This document shows, piece by piece, positions 51,383-64,000 of a stretch of 64,000 nucleotides of DNA. The translations under genes were made by a program, and so were the position numbers. The notes below the pieces were generated by a model. That model was not told the origin of the DNA and searched no databases. It saw only the letters and a program-made list of their open reading frames with translations. The DNA comes from Mobula hypostoma (taxonomy: Eukaryota). Each line of letters starts with the position of its first letter. The stretch's first letter is position 1. The stretch is from positions 124,622,001 to 124,686,000 of the forward strand of contig NC_086097.1 of the NCBI RefSeq assembly GCF_963921235.1. The letters run 5' to 3'.

Positions 51383-53254
51383 TCTCCAAAAGCATTTTGA
51401 TTATTTTAACAGCTGACTCAGGGTGCAGTGGCGATAAAGAACTGCCCCGTCTCTAGCCAGCTGCTAGGAACTGGGCTGCGACCTGTGTACCTCACATCCA
51501 TGCAAACCCTTTCTCCTGTTACAACAGTCAGTACAATTGCAGAAACGTGTGGAGTATCAGCCTGGGACTCGGATTCCAAGTGTCAGTGACCAATGAGTAA
51601 CGCCGACTTCTCTCGATTTCTCAGCGTCCTGCGAGTCACTAGACACGTTTGCAAAGCAGAACGAGTGGAAAGGATCGTGCATGAAGTCACTCTACTGTCA
51701 CCAGAACATCTAGTTCGAGACAAGTACAAAAAACACTGGGGACACACTGAAGCAATCTTGGCAACTTGTTCCTCGGGTTGTATTTAGTGCGTCAGCCTGA
51801 GGACTAATATGACTCTGATCACATTTTAAAGTACAAAACTGTACCTTATTGTATCAACCGTTGATAATCTACCATATGAGAATCAGAAACACTAGATATT
51901 TTGCAGACGGTCGGAATCCAGAGCAACTCACACAAAATGCTAAAGGAACTCGGCTGGTAAGGCAGCATCTATCGAGAGGAGTAAAGCACCAACGTTTTGG
52001 GCCAAGACCCTTCCTCGGGACTGCAACGGAAGGGAGGAGAAGTCCCCTGCCCCTTACCTCCCAGTCATTGGGCAAAAAAAGATTGCACAGTACAAGATTT
52101 TTGAGCACACTGGCCATTACAAATTAGAGGGAACATTGCTTCGCTCATGGTAGTCACCCATGGTGGTAAGGTCAAAGGGGAGGGTCCAGACAAACAGCGA
52201 TTCCACCAAGACCTCAACGGTGGAGCTGGTGGAAGATGATGGCATTGAAGTGGAGCGAGCTAGAGCAGTGAAGTCATCTTGCATTGCATGCCACTGGACC
52301 CTGATCCCGTTCTGACAGTGCATCAGCCTCCCCACCGTTAGCAGGTGTTCTCCATTAAGGGGATACCCTTTAGGAGATAATTGTACTCGACTCGAGTGAT
52401 CACACTACTTCTTGAGATTGAACAGGCCAGTAGATGGCACCAAATACATTTGAATTGCAAAGACCAATCCAACTTCCAGTAAATGAGCAAACCTGAAATA
52501 AAACTGAAAACGCTAGAAACCCTCAGCATGCCTTGCAGCATTTATGGAAAGAGATTTTAGATCAATGAAAGGTCTTTGATTTGAAACCTTAAATCCACAA
52601 GGAACATCTACAAGGAGCACTGCCTCTTGAAAGCAGCATTCATCAACAAGGACCTTCACCATCCAGGCCATGCTCCCTTCTCACTGCTGCCATCAGGAAG
52701 GAGATACAGGAGCCTCAGGTCCCACACCATCACATTCAGCAACAGTTATTATCCTTCAGCCATCAGCCTCACAGACTAGTGTGGATAACGTCACTCACCT
52801 CAACGTGAATGGATCACTGAACTCAATCTATGGACTCACTTTCAAAGGCTTTGAAACTCATGTTCTCTGTATTATTTACTTACTTCTGCACTTGCAGTCG
52901 GTCTTCTTTTGCACATTGGTTATTTGTCAGTCTTTGTGTGTAATTTTTCATTGATTCTGTTGTATTTCTTTATTTTACTGGGAAAGTTTGCAAAAATAAT
53001 AAATTCAGGCTAGTATATGGTGACATATACTGTACATACTTCAATAATAAATTTACTTTGAACTTTCAAATATTTCCCTGACATAGATTCCACCATTTAC
53101 TATTTTAACACTGACTGCCACTTCTCCTTTACAATCAGATTGTTCATCTCAATCCTCTGATCCTCAATTTTATCTCCATTTTCTAAGACAGACTGTCCAC
53201 TAAGAGGTCTATGCAGTGATTTTATTTATTTTTCTGTAGAGGTACTGCACGGTA

Positions 53255-54655
53255 TTAGTCTATTAGTCTGACATCGGTGGTTGGAAAGATATTGGAGTCA
53301 ATCCTCAAGGACGAGGTTATGAAATACCTCGAGGTGCATGACAAGATAGGCCGAAGCCAGCATGGTTTCATGAAGGGAAGATCCTGCCTCACCAACCTAT
53401 TGGTATTTTTTGAGGTAATCTCGAATAAGATTGACAAGGGAGAGGCTGTGGATGTTGTGTATTTGGATTTTCAAAAGGCCTTCGATAAGGTGCCGCATAT
53501 GAGGCTGCTTGATAAGATGAGAGCCCATGGAATTACAGGAAAGATATTGGAATGGGTGGAGCATTGGCTGATAGGCAGAAAGCAAAGGGTGGGAGTAAAG
53601 GGATCCTATTCTGATTGGTTGCCGGTTACTCGTGGTGTTCCGCAGGGGTCGGTGTTGGGGCCGCTTCTTTTTACGATGTATATCGATGAGTTGGATTATG
53701 AATTAAATGATTTTGTGGCCAAGTTTGCGGATGACACCAAGATAGGTGGAGGAGCAGGAAATGTTGAAGAAACAGGAAGGTTGCAGAGAGACTTAGTCAG
53801 TTTAGGAGAGTGGGCAAAGAAATGGCAGATGAGATACAACGTTGATAAATGTACGGTTGTACATTTCGGAAGAAGAAATAATCGGGCAGATTATTATTTA
53901 GATGGGGAGAAAATTCAAAAATCGGAAGTGCAAAGGGACTTGGGGGTCCTCGTGCAGGATACCCTAAAGGTTAACCACCAAGTTGGATTGGCGGTAAGGA
54001 AAGCGAATGCTATGTTGGCATTCATTTCAAGAGGAATAGTGTATAAGAGTAAGGAGGTGTTGATGAGGCTGTATGGGGCATTAGTGAGACCTCATTTGGA
54101 ATACTGTGTGCAGTTTTGGGCCCCCTATCTTAGAAAGGATGTACTGATGTTGGACAGAGTTCAGAGAAGATTTACGAGGATGATTCCTGGAATGCAGGGG
54201 CTAACATACGAGGAGCGTCTGTCGGCTCTTGGATTGTATTCATTAGAGTATAGAAGAATGAGAGGAGATCTCATAGAAACGTTTCGAATGTTGAAAGGGT
54301 TGGACAGAGTAGATGTGGAAAGGTTGTTTCCCTTGGTGGGTGAGTCCGGGACAAGAGGTCATAGTCTTAGAATTAGAGGGTACCCAGTTAAAACAGAGAT
54401 GAGGAGAAATTTTTTAGCCAGGGGGTCGTGGATTTGTGGAATTCGTTGCCACATATGGCTGTGGAGGCCCAATCATTAAGGGTGTTTAAGGAGGAGATTG
54501 ACAGGTATCTAATTAGTCAGGGTATCAAGGGATATGGGGAAAAAGCTGGAAATTGGAACTAGATGGGTGAATAGTTTAGCTCATGGGGGAGCTGTGGAGC
54601 AAACTCGATGGGCCGAATGGCCTACTTCTGCTCCTTTGTCTTGTGATCTTGTGAC
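53255..54655 (+). mobile_element. Young 5'-truncated CR1 (400-codon RT ORF)
   Basis: QHGF, PQGSVLGP and KFADDTK intact; 3' tail (TCTTGTGA)n. Confidence 0.93.
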
Positions 54656-54682
54656 CATACCTGCACTGCCCAATTACACCCA

Positions 54683-54730
54683 TGTGACCAACTGACCAAC
54701 TGACCAACTGACCAACTGACCAACTGACCA
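54683..54730. repeat. (TGACCAAC)n octamer tandem repeat, about 5-6 copies
   Basis: Read directly from the sequence. Confidence 0.9.
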
Positions 54731-54769
54731 GTACCTAATATGTATAAATATATATGGAGAGTAATGTTT

Positions 54770-55000
54770 ATGGGGCTGCACAGTAGCACAGCAGTTAGCA
54801 TAGTGCCTTACTGCGCCAGTGACCTGGGTTCAATTCCCGCCACTGTCTGTGAGGAGTTTTCATGTTCTCCCACTGACTCTGTGGATTTCTTCCAGTTTCA
54901 TCAGCTTCCTCCAAAGACGTACAGATTAGTAGATTAATTGGTCACATGGGTATAATTGGGTGGCTCAGGCTTGTTAGGCCTGTATCTGTAAAGTTAAAAA
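54770..55000 (+). mobile_element. tRNA-derived V-type SINE (similar copies at about 9195, 21920, 23100, 32730, 56740 and 59690-60130)
   Basis: A-box-like start, GGGTTCAATTCCC B box and GAGTTT...TTCTCCC...TCCAAAGAC central domain. Confidence 0.75.
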
Positions 55001-55087
55001 TAAGTTGATCTTTGATCCCTGATTCCAGATTTAGATCAGAGTGAATTTTTTCCCTCATAAGGTCAGACACCTTTTCAATTCTCCTCT

Positions 55088-55980
55088 GTGGATGCTTATG
55101 TGAGAATGCTGTTCTTGGACTACAGTTCAGCATTCAACGCCACAATTCCCTCCAGGCTCGACAAGAAGCTCAGAGACCTCGGCCTTCATCCTACCTTGTG
55201 CAGCTGGATCCTGGACTTCCAGGGAGAAGTCAGCACTCTGACACAGTGGTGTCAAGAATACAACCTTTCCCTCAGTATCGCAAAAACAAAGGAGCTGGTT
55301 GTGGACTGCAGGAGGAATAGAGATAGGCTAACCCCTATTGACATCAATGGATCTGGGGGTTGAGAGGGTGAACAGCTTTAAATTCCTCGGCATAAACATC
55401 ACTGAGGATCTCACATGGTCTGTACATACTGTCTGTGTGGTGAAAAAGGCACAACAGCGCCTCTCTCACCTCAGACAGATGAAGAAGTTTGGTATTGTCC
55501 CCCAAATCCTAAGAACCTTCTACAGAAGCACAACTGAGAGCATCCTGACTGGCTGTATTACTGCCTGGTATGGGAACTGTACTTCCCTCAATTGCAGGAC
55601 TCTGCAGAGAGTGGTGCGGACAGCCCAGCGCATCTGTAGATGTGAACTTCCCACGATTCAGGACATTTACAAAGACAGGTGTGGGGACCCGAGTCACCCC
55701 AGCCACAAACTGTTCCAGCTGCTACCATCTGAGAGACAGTACCACAGCATAAAAGCCAGGGCCAACAGGGTCCAGGACAACTTCTTCCACCAGGCCATCG
55801 GACTAATTAATTCACGCTGATACAATTGTATTTCTATGTTATATTGACTGTTGTACATATTATTCATTACAAATTACTATAAATTGCACGTTCCACATTC
55901 AGACGGAGACGTAATGTGAAGATTTTTACTGCTCGTGTATATGAAGGATGTAAGAGATGAAGTCAATTCAATTCAATTCA
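55088..55980 (+). mobile_element. Rex1/Babar LINE fragment
   Basis: [21 protein letters not shown] and FKFLGINITEDLTW motifs; (ATTCA)n tail. Confidence 0.85.
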
Positions 55981-56884
55981 GTGGGTGCAGCACCATTGAA
56001 TATATTGAAGGCAGTGACTGACAGACATTTACAGGCTGTGGAACTCCAGGGAAATGGGAAAAGGGTACTGCTGGGGTCACGGTAAGCTAAACCATGGTCT
56101 TATTGAATGGCAAGGCAAGGCTTGAGAGGCTAATTGGCCTTCTCTTCTTCTGTTGCTCCCATTGGTTGTGCTCCCTTTCTGATTCCATGAAAAAATAGTA
56201 TATGGTGACATAAATGTACTGTTCAGCAACTTGAACAAACCAATGTCGCTGCTGGCGATCAAACACGGGGAGTTATCCTGTATGTGCCCTCTGATTAATC
56301 TAATAATAATGTTCCAAAAAGTCAAAGAAGTGTATTCGATCCTTTATTAGCAACTAGCAAAACATACAATCTTGAAGCGATGAAACTAAAACTAGCGACA
56401 TTAAATGTACAAGAGAACTTAAGTGAAGTTAAGTCGTTAAAAGATAATGACACCCAGCGGTCCCCAGCACTAAAAACTAACCATGAATACGTAACTTATT
56501 CCTTTGCCTTTACCACGCACACCACCCCTACCATGAATATCTACCATAATAAATGCACAACACAGAATGAAATGCAGATAGGAAACAGATGCATAGCTCC
56601 AACAATAAATTTATCCTGAACTTTGAACTTTTGAAGTTTAGAGATACATACAGCAGAACTGAAAGAAACACAGACTTAACCACAAGGACCTAACCAAGAA
56701 GTAGTTTCAAGCTCCGTGACTCATTTGTGTTTATACGGCTCAGTAGTGTAGGGGTTAGCGTAACGACATTACAGCAGCAGTCGTAAGATTGGGATTTGAT
56801 CCCCGCCTGCTGCTCTGTAAGGAGATTGTACATTCTCCCCGTGATCGTGTGGGTTTCCTCCCACATTCCAAATTAGGTTTAGTG

Positions 56885-57480
56885 AGTACAGGAAATGGGA
56901 TGTTATGTTGAAGTTGTATAAGACATTAGTGAAACCAAGTTTGGAGCATTGTGTGCAGTTCTGGTCACCTCCCTACAGGAAAGATATCAATAAGATTGAA
57001 AAGTGCAGAGAAAATTTACAAGGATGCTGCTGGGACTTGAAGGACTGGGTTATGGGGAAAGGTTGAATTCATTAGGATTTTATTCCCTGGAACGCAGGAG
57101 AATGAGGGGAGATTTGGTAGTGGTTACCAAAATTATGAAAGGTGTTTGTAGGGTAAATGCAAGCAGGCTTTTTCTCTTGAGATTGGATGAGAGTAGAACT
57201 AGAGGTCATCGGTTAAGGGTGAAATGTGAAATATCTAAGGGGAACCTGAGGGAGAACTTCTTCATTCAGAATGTGGGGTGAGTGTGGAATGAGCTGCCAG
57301 AGGAAATAGTGAATGCAGATTTGATTGCAACATTTAAGAGAAGTTTGGATAGGTAGATGGATAGGAGGGGTCAGGAAGGCTATACCCAGGCATGGTTCGA
57401 TGGAACTAGGCAAAGTAACATTTTGCATGGACTAGAAGGGCCGAAGGTCCTGTTTCTTTGCTCTAGTGCTCTATCACTCT
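56885..57480 (+). mobile_element. CR1 3' fragment
   Basis: QRKFTRML...YSLERRRMRGDL. Confidence 0.85.
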
Positions 57481-60400
57481 ATCATTGTAACTTTTGCTAC
57501 AATGTGGAGAATGGCTGTAATGAGGCCACTTAATTGAAGAAGGTGTGGGCTAATATATGAATACAGAACATAGAACATCTCCTATAAGACCATAAGGCAT
57601 AGGAGCAGAATTAGGCCATTTGACCCATCGAGTCTGTTCCGCCATTTGATGATGGCTGATTTATTTTCCCTCTCAACCCCATTCTCCTGTCTTCTCCTTG
57701 TAGCCTAGCGATTAACATCCTATCAGTTGGTTCAAGAGATAAAGATTTTGTTTCATTTCAGAATGTTGAATTCTGTAAACAGATATCAGGCAATTCACTC
57801 CTTCACCGTTCTTTGTCCTTTTCTGATTCAACAGCAAGAGGTGCCCACAAACAAAGGAGGCACTGCATGTGACTTAAAGGTTATAAAAACACACTTTATT
57901 GGAATTATATAAAGAATAAAATACAAAAGGAAGGAAGAATACTGAATGAAATCGAGAAGGGAACAAAATAATGTTTATCAGCCAAAGTTCAAAGTAAATT
58001 TATTATCAATGTACGACTATAGTATGTCACCATTTTCTTGCAGGCATTGACAGTAAGACAAAGTACAACAGAATCAATGAAAAACTACACACAAACAAAT
58101 ACTGACAAACAATCAATGCGCAAAAGAGGTCAAACTAAGCAAAAACAAAAAATATATTACTGAGAACACGAGTGGTGGAGTACTGGAAAGTGAGTCCATT
58201 CGATGAACTTATCTGTACAATCCCAGAGGGAACCACAGTTATCCAACAGGCAGCCTTCTCTCTCTACCCCAGTGCTGGTTGCAACCCAGCCCGAGGGAAG
58301 ATTCCAGCTTGCACCAAGGTGGTGCATCTTTTCATACCTTTCAAAAACTATTTACCCTCACAGGACAATATTCGAAGGTATTTGTGCCTGCAGAATCAAC
58401 TTCCCCTTTCCAGAGACACGTTTTTCACCATCGTCAGTTCTCAAGGGTGTAGACTGGTACTCACACTAAGTTCATAAAAACATGACTGTGGACTTGTTCC
58501 TTTGTACATTCCCATATACCAGACTAATATCGTTTTGAGTTAAACATTTTCATTTTATGTTATACATTATCAAAGTTCAAAGTAAATTTATTATCAAAGT
58601 ACATCTATGTCACCATACGCTATTGAGATTTATTTTCTTGAGGGCATTCACAGGAGATATAAAGAAATACGATAGAATCAGTGAAAATGACACACAAAGA
58701 TGGACAAACAACAAATGTGCAAAAACAAACAAATAATATTAATATATAAGTAATAAATAATATTGATAACATGCGGTATAGAGATCTTGAAACTGAGTCC
58801 ACAGGTTGTGGAACCAGTTCGGTGTTGAGGTAAGTGAAGTTATCCACATTAGTTCTGGAGCCTGATGGTTAAGGGGTAATAACTGCCCCTGAACCTGGTG
58901 ATGTGGGACCTGAGGGCTCCTGTACCTCCTTCCTGCTGAGAAGAGAGAAGAGAGAAGAGAGTGAGAAGAGAGCACGGTCTGGATGGTGTGCACCTCTGAT
59001 GACGAATGTTGCTCTCTCGTGGCGATGCTCCTTGTAGATATGCTCAATGGTGAGGAGGGCTTTTCCTGTGATAGACTGGGCTGTATCCACTACCTTTTAA
59101 TGGCTTTTCCATTCATGGGTATTGGTGTTTCTGTACCAGGCTTTCGTGCAACCGGTCAGGATACACCCCACTATGCATTTCTCTAAATTTGTTGAACTTT
59201 TAGACAACATGCTGAATCCATGCAAACTTCTAAGAAACTAGAGGCATTGCCACAATATTCATGTGTTAACTATAGAGTATTTTCATTTTAGCATATACTA
59301 AGGAGAAAGCAAATTTAATTCTTTCCTTACAATTTCTCAACTCAAAGATATGCCAGCAATGTCTGAATTAAAATAGTTAATTCCACTATACACATGGAGT
59401 CACTTACTGTGCTTTATACATAGAAAAATGAGTCAATGCTAGAACAGATACTTATAACTCTGTTCCTCAACTCTTTTAAAGTATTTTAGTCCCTCTAAGA
59501 AGCCCCTGAAGGCATTCAAAAGTTGGCATAAAAATCTTAGCTGGTTCTTCGTCCATATTGGGTGTCATTAGTAAACTGGGGCAACAAGTTATTTTCTTGT
59601 TGCCACCACCAGTTAATGAACAAGTGCGGATATTGCTTGATTTTTTTTACAGTGAGATAATTTTAATGTTTTGTGGTTAATAAGCCTGAGGATTCATTCG
59701 ACAATTTGTGCGTTCTCCCATGACGATGTGGGTTTCGGATTCAGATTAATTATATTTATCACATGCACATCAAAACATACAGTGAAATTTGTAGTTTGCG
59801 TTAACATCCAACACATGTAAAGATATGCTGGGGACAGACCAAAGGTGTCCCCACACATTCTGGCACCAGCATAAACATGCAGAACAACATAGAACACAAC
59901 AAGCAACAACAGCAGCAAAACTAGCCAGTTCCCCTGGTTCCCTCCCACATTCCAAAGATGGACGGGTTAGGGTTAGCAAATTGTGGGCATGCTATGTTGC
60001 TGCTGGAAGCATGGTGACTCTTGTGGGCTGCCTCCAGCACATCTGCAGACTGTGTTGGCTGTTGATGCAAACAACGCATTTCGCTGTATGTTTTGATATA
60101 CATTTGACAAATAAAGCTAATCTTTAAATCTTTAGCATGTGTTTAGATGTTTACAGAAAAATCATTCCATCCCCATCTCATACCATCTAATTAAGTGACG
60201 TTTCAGATAGTCGATATCAATTATATCTTGTAGAGCAAGCTGGCAATCTGTAAAACCTTAATTTGCATTGATGGTATCACAAAATAATATTCACAGGTTA
60301 ATGTGTCTGTCAATTTGGACTCCAAGGCTAGACCATTAATGGAATTTTCCCCAGACAATACAGAGACTGCACTTTCAATAAAGGCAATTGCCATCCAACT

Positions 60401-60849
60401 CCTACCCAGGTCTAGATCAGTTCATACAAGCTTCATTTATGATTCATGTAAGTACTGCCTAAAAATTATCATATACCTAGAGTATACGATAATCACTGTC
60501 TATTATGAGTCCAATGTCTGTTTCATTTTTTGTTTATGTATAGTTTTTCACAAATTCCATTGTACTTCTTTTCCTGTCAATGCCTGCAAGAAAATGAATC
60601 TGCAAATAGTGCTTGCTGACATGTACACTCAGTGGCCACTTTATTAGGTACACCTGTACACCTGTTATATAATGCAAATATATAATCAACCAGTCATGTG
60701 GCAGCAACTCAATGCATAAAGGCATGCAGATGTGGACAAGGGATTCAGCTGTTGTTCAGACCAAACATCACAATGGGGAAGAAATGTGCTCTAAGTGACT
60801 TTGACAGTGGGATAGTTGTTGGTGCCAGGCTCAAAGTTGAAAGTATCTC

Positions 60850-62310
60850 AGAAGCTCGAAGTTGAAAGTAGATTTTTGTCAAAGTATGTAATGCCACCCT
60901 ATGCAACCCTGAGATTCATTTTCCTGCGGGCATACTCAGCAAAGCTATAGAATAGTAACTATAACAGGATCAATGAAAGATCAACTAGAGTACAGAAGGC
61001 AACAAACTGTGAAAATGCAAATATAAATAAATAGAAACAAATAATGAGAACATGAAATAACTAGATAAAGTGTCCTTAAAGTGAGATCATTGGTTGTGGG
61101 AACATCTCAATGGATGGGGAAGTGAGTGTAGTTAACCCTTTGTTCAGGAGCCTGATGGCTGTGAGTAGTCACTGTTCTTGAACCTGGTGGTTCGAGTCCT
61201 GAGACTCTTGTACCTTTGACCTGAAGGCACCTGTGAGAAAAGAGCATGGCCTAGGTGGTGAGGATCTCTGATAATGGATGCTGCTTTCTCACAACAATGT
61301 TTCATGTAGATGTGCTCAACGGTTGGGAGGGCTTTACCTGTGATGTACTGGGCCAAATTCACTACCTTTTGTAGGATTTTCCATCCAAAGGGATTGATGT
61401 TTCCATACCAGACCATGATGCAGCCAGTCAATACACTCTGCACTACACATGTATAGAAGTTTGTCAAAGTTTTAGATGTCATGCCATCTGCAAACTCTAA
61501 AGGAAGCAGAGGGGCTACCATGCTTTCTTTGCAAATGCAGTTATGTTCTGGGTCCAGGACAGATCTTATGAAACAGTAACACCCATGAATTTAATCACAA
61601 ACAAGAGAAAATCTGCACATTCTGGAAATCCGAGCAACACACACAAAACAGTCCTGTCGAAGGGTTTTGGCCCAAAATGTTGACTGTACTTCTAAGTTCC
61701 TCCAGCTTTTTGTGTGTGTTGCTCAGGAATTTACAGTTGTTAACTACCTCCATCTCTGATCCTCTGATGAGGACTAGCTCATGGACTTCTGGTTTCTGTC
61801 TCTTGCAGTCTACAATCAGTTCCTTGGTCTTGCTAACATTAAGGGTGAGGTTGTTGTTATAACACCACTCAGCTAAATCTTCAATCTCCCTCCTATAAGC
61901 CGATTCGACTAACAATAGTGGTGTCATCAACAAACTTGAATATGGTATTGGAGCTGTACTTAGCCACACAGTCGTAAGTAGATCAGGGGTCTAACCACAT
62001 AGCCTTGTGGTGCACCTGTGGAGGAGGAGGTGTTGTTGCCAATCGAACTGACTGAGGCTTACAAGTGAGGAAATCCAGGATCCAATTGCACAAGGAGGTA
62101 TTGAGGCCAAGGTGTTGGACCTTGCTGATTAGTTTTGAGGTGATGATGGGATTAAATGCTGAGCTGTAGACGATAAAGAGCATCATGATATTTACATCTT
62201 TGCTGTCCAGGTTTCCCAGAGTTGTGTGAAGATCCAATGAGCTGGCATCTGCTGCTCTGGTAAGCAAACTGGAGCAGATCCAAGTCGCCTCTCAGGCAGG
62301 AGCTGGTACG
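60850..62310 (-). mobile_element. Rex1/Babar LINE fragment nested within a Tc1-derived MITE (60625-62610)
   Basis: [11 protein letters not shown] and [13 protein letters not shown] motifs; MITE sequence stops at about 60850 (AGTATCTCAGAA) and resumes at about 62313 (CTGCTGATCTCCTGGG). Confidence 0.8.
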
Positions 62311-64000
62311 CCTCTGCTGATCTCCTGGGATTTTCACGCACAACAGTCTCCAGGGTTTACACAGAATAGTTCAGAAACGAAAAACATCCAGTGAGCAGCG
62401 TTTCTGTGGGCGAAAACACCCTGTTAATCAGAGAGGTCAGTGGAGAATGGCCAGACTGGTTAAAACTGACAGGAAACCAACAGAATCTCAAATAACCACT
62501 GCGTTAAAGCAGTGGTGTGAGAAGAGCATACTGTATCTGAATGCACAACACGTCGAACCCACAACAGCAGAAGACCATGAACATACACTCAGTGGCAACT
62601 TCATCAGGTATTTTAATGATAAATTTACTTTGAACCTTGCAACAAGTGTGTACTGCCTTATGATGGGAATCTGCTGCCCAATACTGAGATATTAGGGTGG
62701 GAAAAATTGGCTGTCACAAGCCAAACAAGGGCCTGGAGTTGAGTAGATGAATAAGTAACTATGTGGGAGATCAGTGGCTTGGGCCTAGTTCATGGTCCAG
62801 AAGCAATTGATGGGTAGAATGAAGTGATATTAGTGTAAATGGGGCAATGGCCTGCACTGTCTACATGACTCACTGGAGTTTAGAAGAATGACGGATGAAT
62901 CTTATCAAAACCTATTGAATAATAAATGGCCTAGAAAGAGTGGACGTGGAGAGGGTGTTTCCAATAGTTGCAGGGTCTTGGACCAAAAGGCACAGCCTCA
63001 GAATACAAGGACATCCCTTTAGAACAGAGATGAAGAGGAATTTCTTTCACCACAGGGTGGTGAATCTCTGGATTTATTGCCACAAATGGCATGGAGGCCA
63101 GTTCATTTGGTATGTTTAAAGCGAAGGTTGGTAAGATCTCGTTTAGTCAGGGTGTCAAAGGGGAGAAAGCAGGAGAATGAGTTTGAGAGGGATAATAAAT
63201 CAGCAATGATCGAATGCCAGAACAGACACAATGGGCAGAATGGCCTAATTCTGCTCTTATTTCTTATGGTTCTATGTGTTGAAGGACCTGTTTCTGTAAT
63301 ATCTGATTCTACTAATTACACTTTTGAGCAGAGGGTATACCAGCAGAATGCAAATATTGAGAACAGTCACCAGTACAAAAAAAAATCTATTCCCAATGTA
63401 TATTGTGTCTCAGTCCTGTTATGTTTTAATTCAACTAAAATCCATGCCGCCAATTCATTTCATATAAATGTCTATGGACCATTCTTTCCCTTTGTCAGTC
63501 TGATGGCTACACCCAATTGTTACTGCTTGGATGCATGCCAACATTTCTAATCCTGATTACTCAGTGACCTGTTAAAAAGTTCACACATGGGCATGGATCC
63601 AGTATGAGAACAGAACAAATTTAAGATGATAAGACCATAAGTCAAAGAAGCAGAATTAGGCCATTGAGCCCATCAAGTGTGCTCCACCATTCCATCTTGG
63701 CTGATTTAGTATCCCTTTCAACCTCATTCCCCTGTTTTCTTCCCATAACCTTTGACACCCTTACTCATCAGAAACTATCAACCTCTGCTTTAAATATACC
63801 CATTGATTTGGCCTCCACAGTTGCCTCTGGTAATGAATTCCACAAATTCACCACCCTTCGGCTAAATAAAATTCTCCTCATCTCTGTTCAAAAGGATGTC
63901 CTTGTATTCCTAGGCTGTGTCACCTACTCCATTCTGGGAAACATTCTCTCCACATCCATTCTATCCAAGCCTTTCAATGTTCGATAGATTTCAATGAGAA

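Noticed and set aside
43010..64000. Exons of a neighbouring gene (PABPC1 lies upstream of SNX31 in human)
   Set aside because: No recognisable coding or 3' UTR match in the unique stretches.

Overview
Eukaryotic vertebrate DNA, most likely a cartilaginous fish (ray or shark), inferred from the repeat landscape. Most of the window is decayed, nested transposable elements: CR1 LINEs, Rex1/Babar LINEs, Penelope-like elements, a Gypsy LTR element, Tc1 and Tc1-derived MITEs, a Chapaev-like fragment, and tRNA/V-type and Deu-type SINEs. The only host gene I can support is the 5' part of a sorting nexin 31 (SNX31) orthologue on the minus strand: coding exon 1 (42310-42474), exon 2 (42132-42206) and the exon equivalent to human exon 5 (4974-5084). 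The gene continues off the left edge. Main points of interest: (1) the exons encoding the rest of the PX domain (human exons 3-4) could not be found in the 37 kb between exons 2 and 5, and exon 2 would splice in frame to exon 5; (2) the canonical start Met is GTG, with an in-frame upstream ATG; (3) many Penelope-derived short elements carry minimal type I hammerhead ribozyme motifs, including hairpin insertions flanked by target-site duplications (TSDs); (4) a 41-bp minisatellite arose across a TE-TE junction. All homology calls rest on recalled motifs, not database searches, and TE boundaries are approximate.
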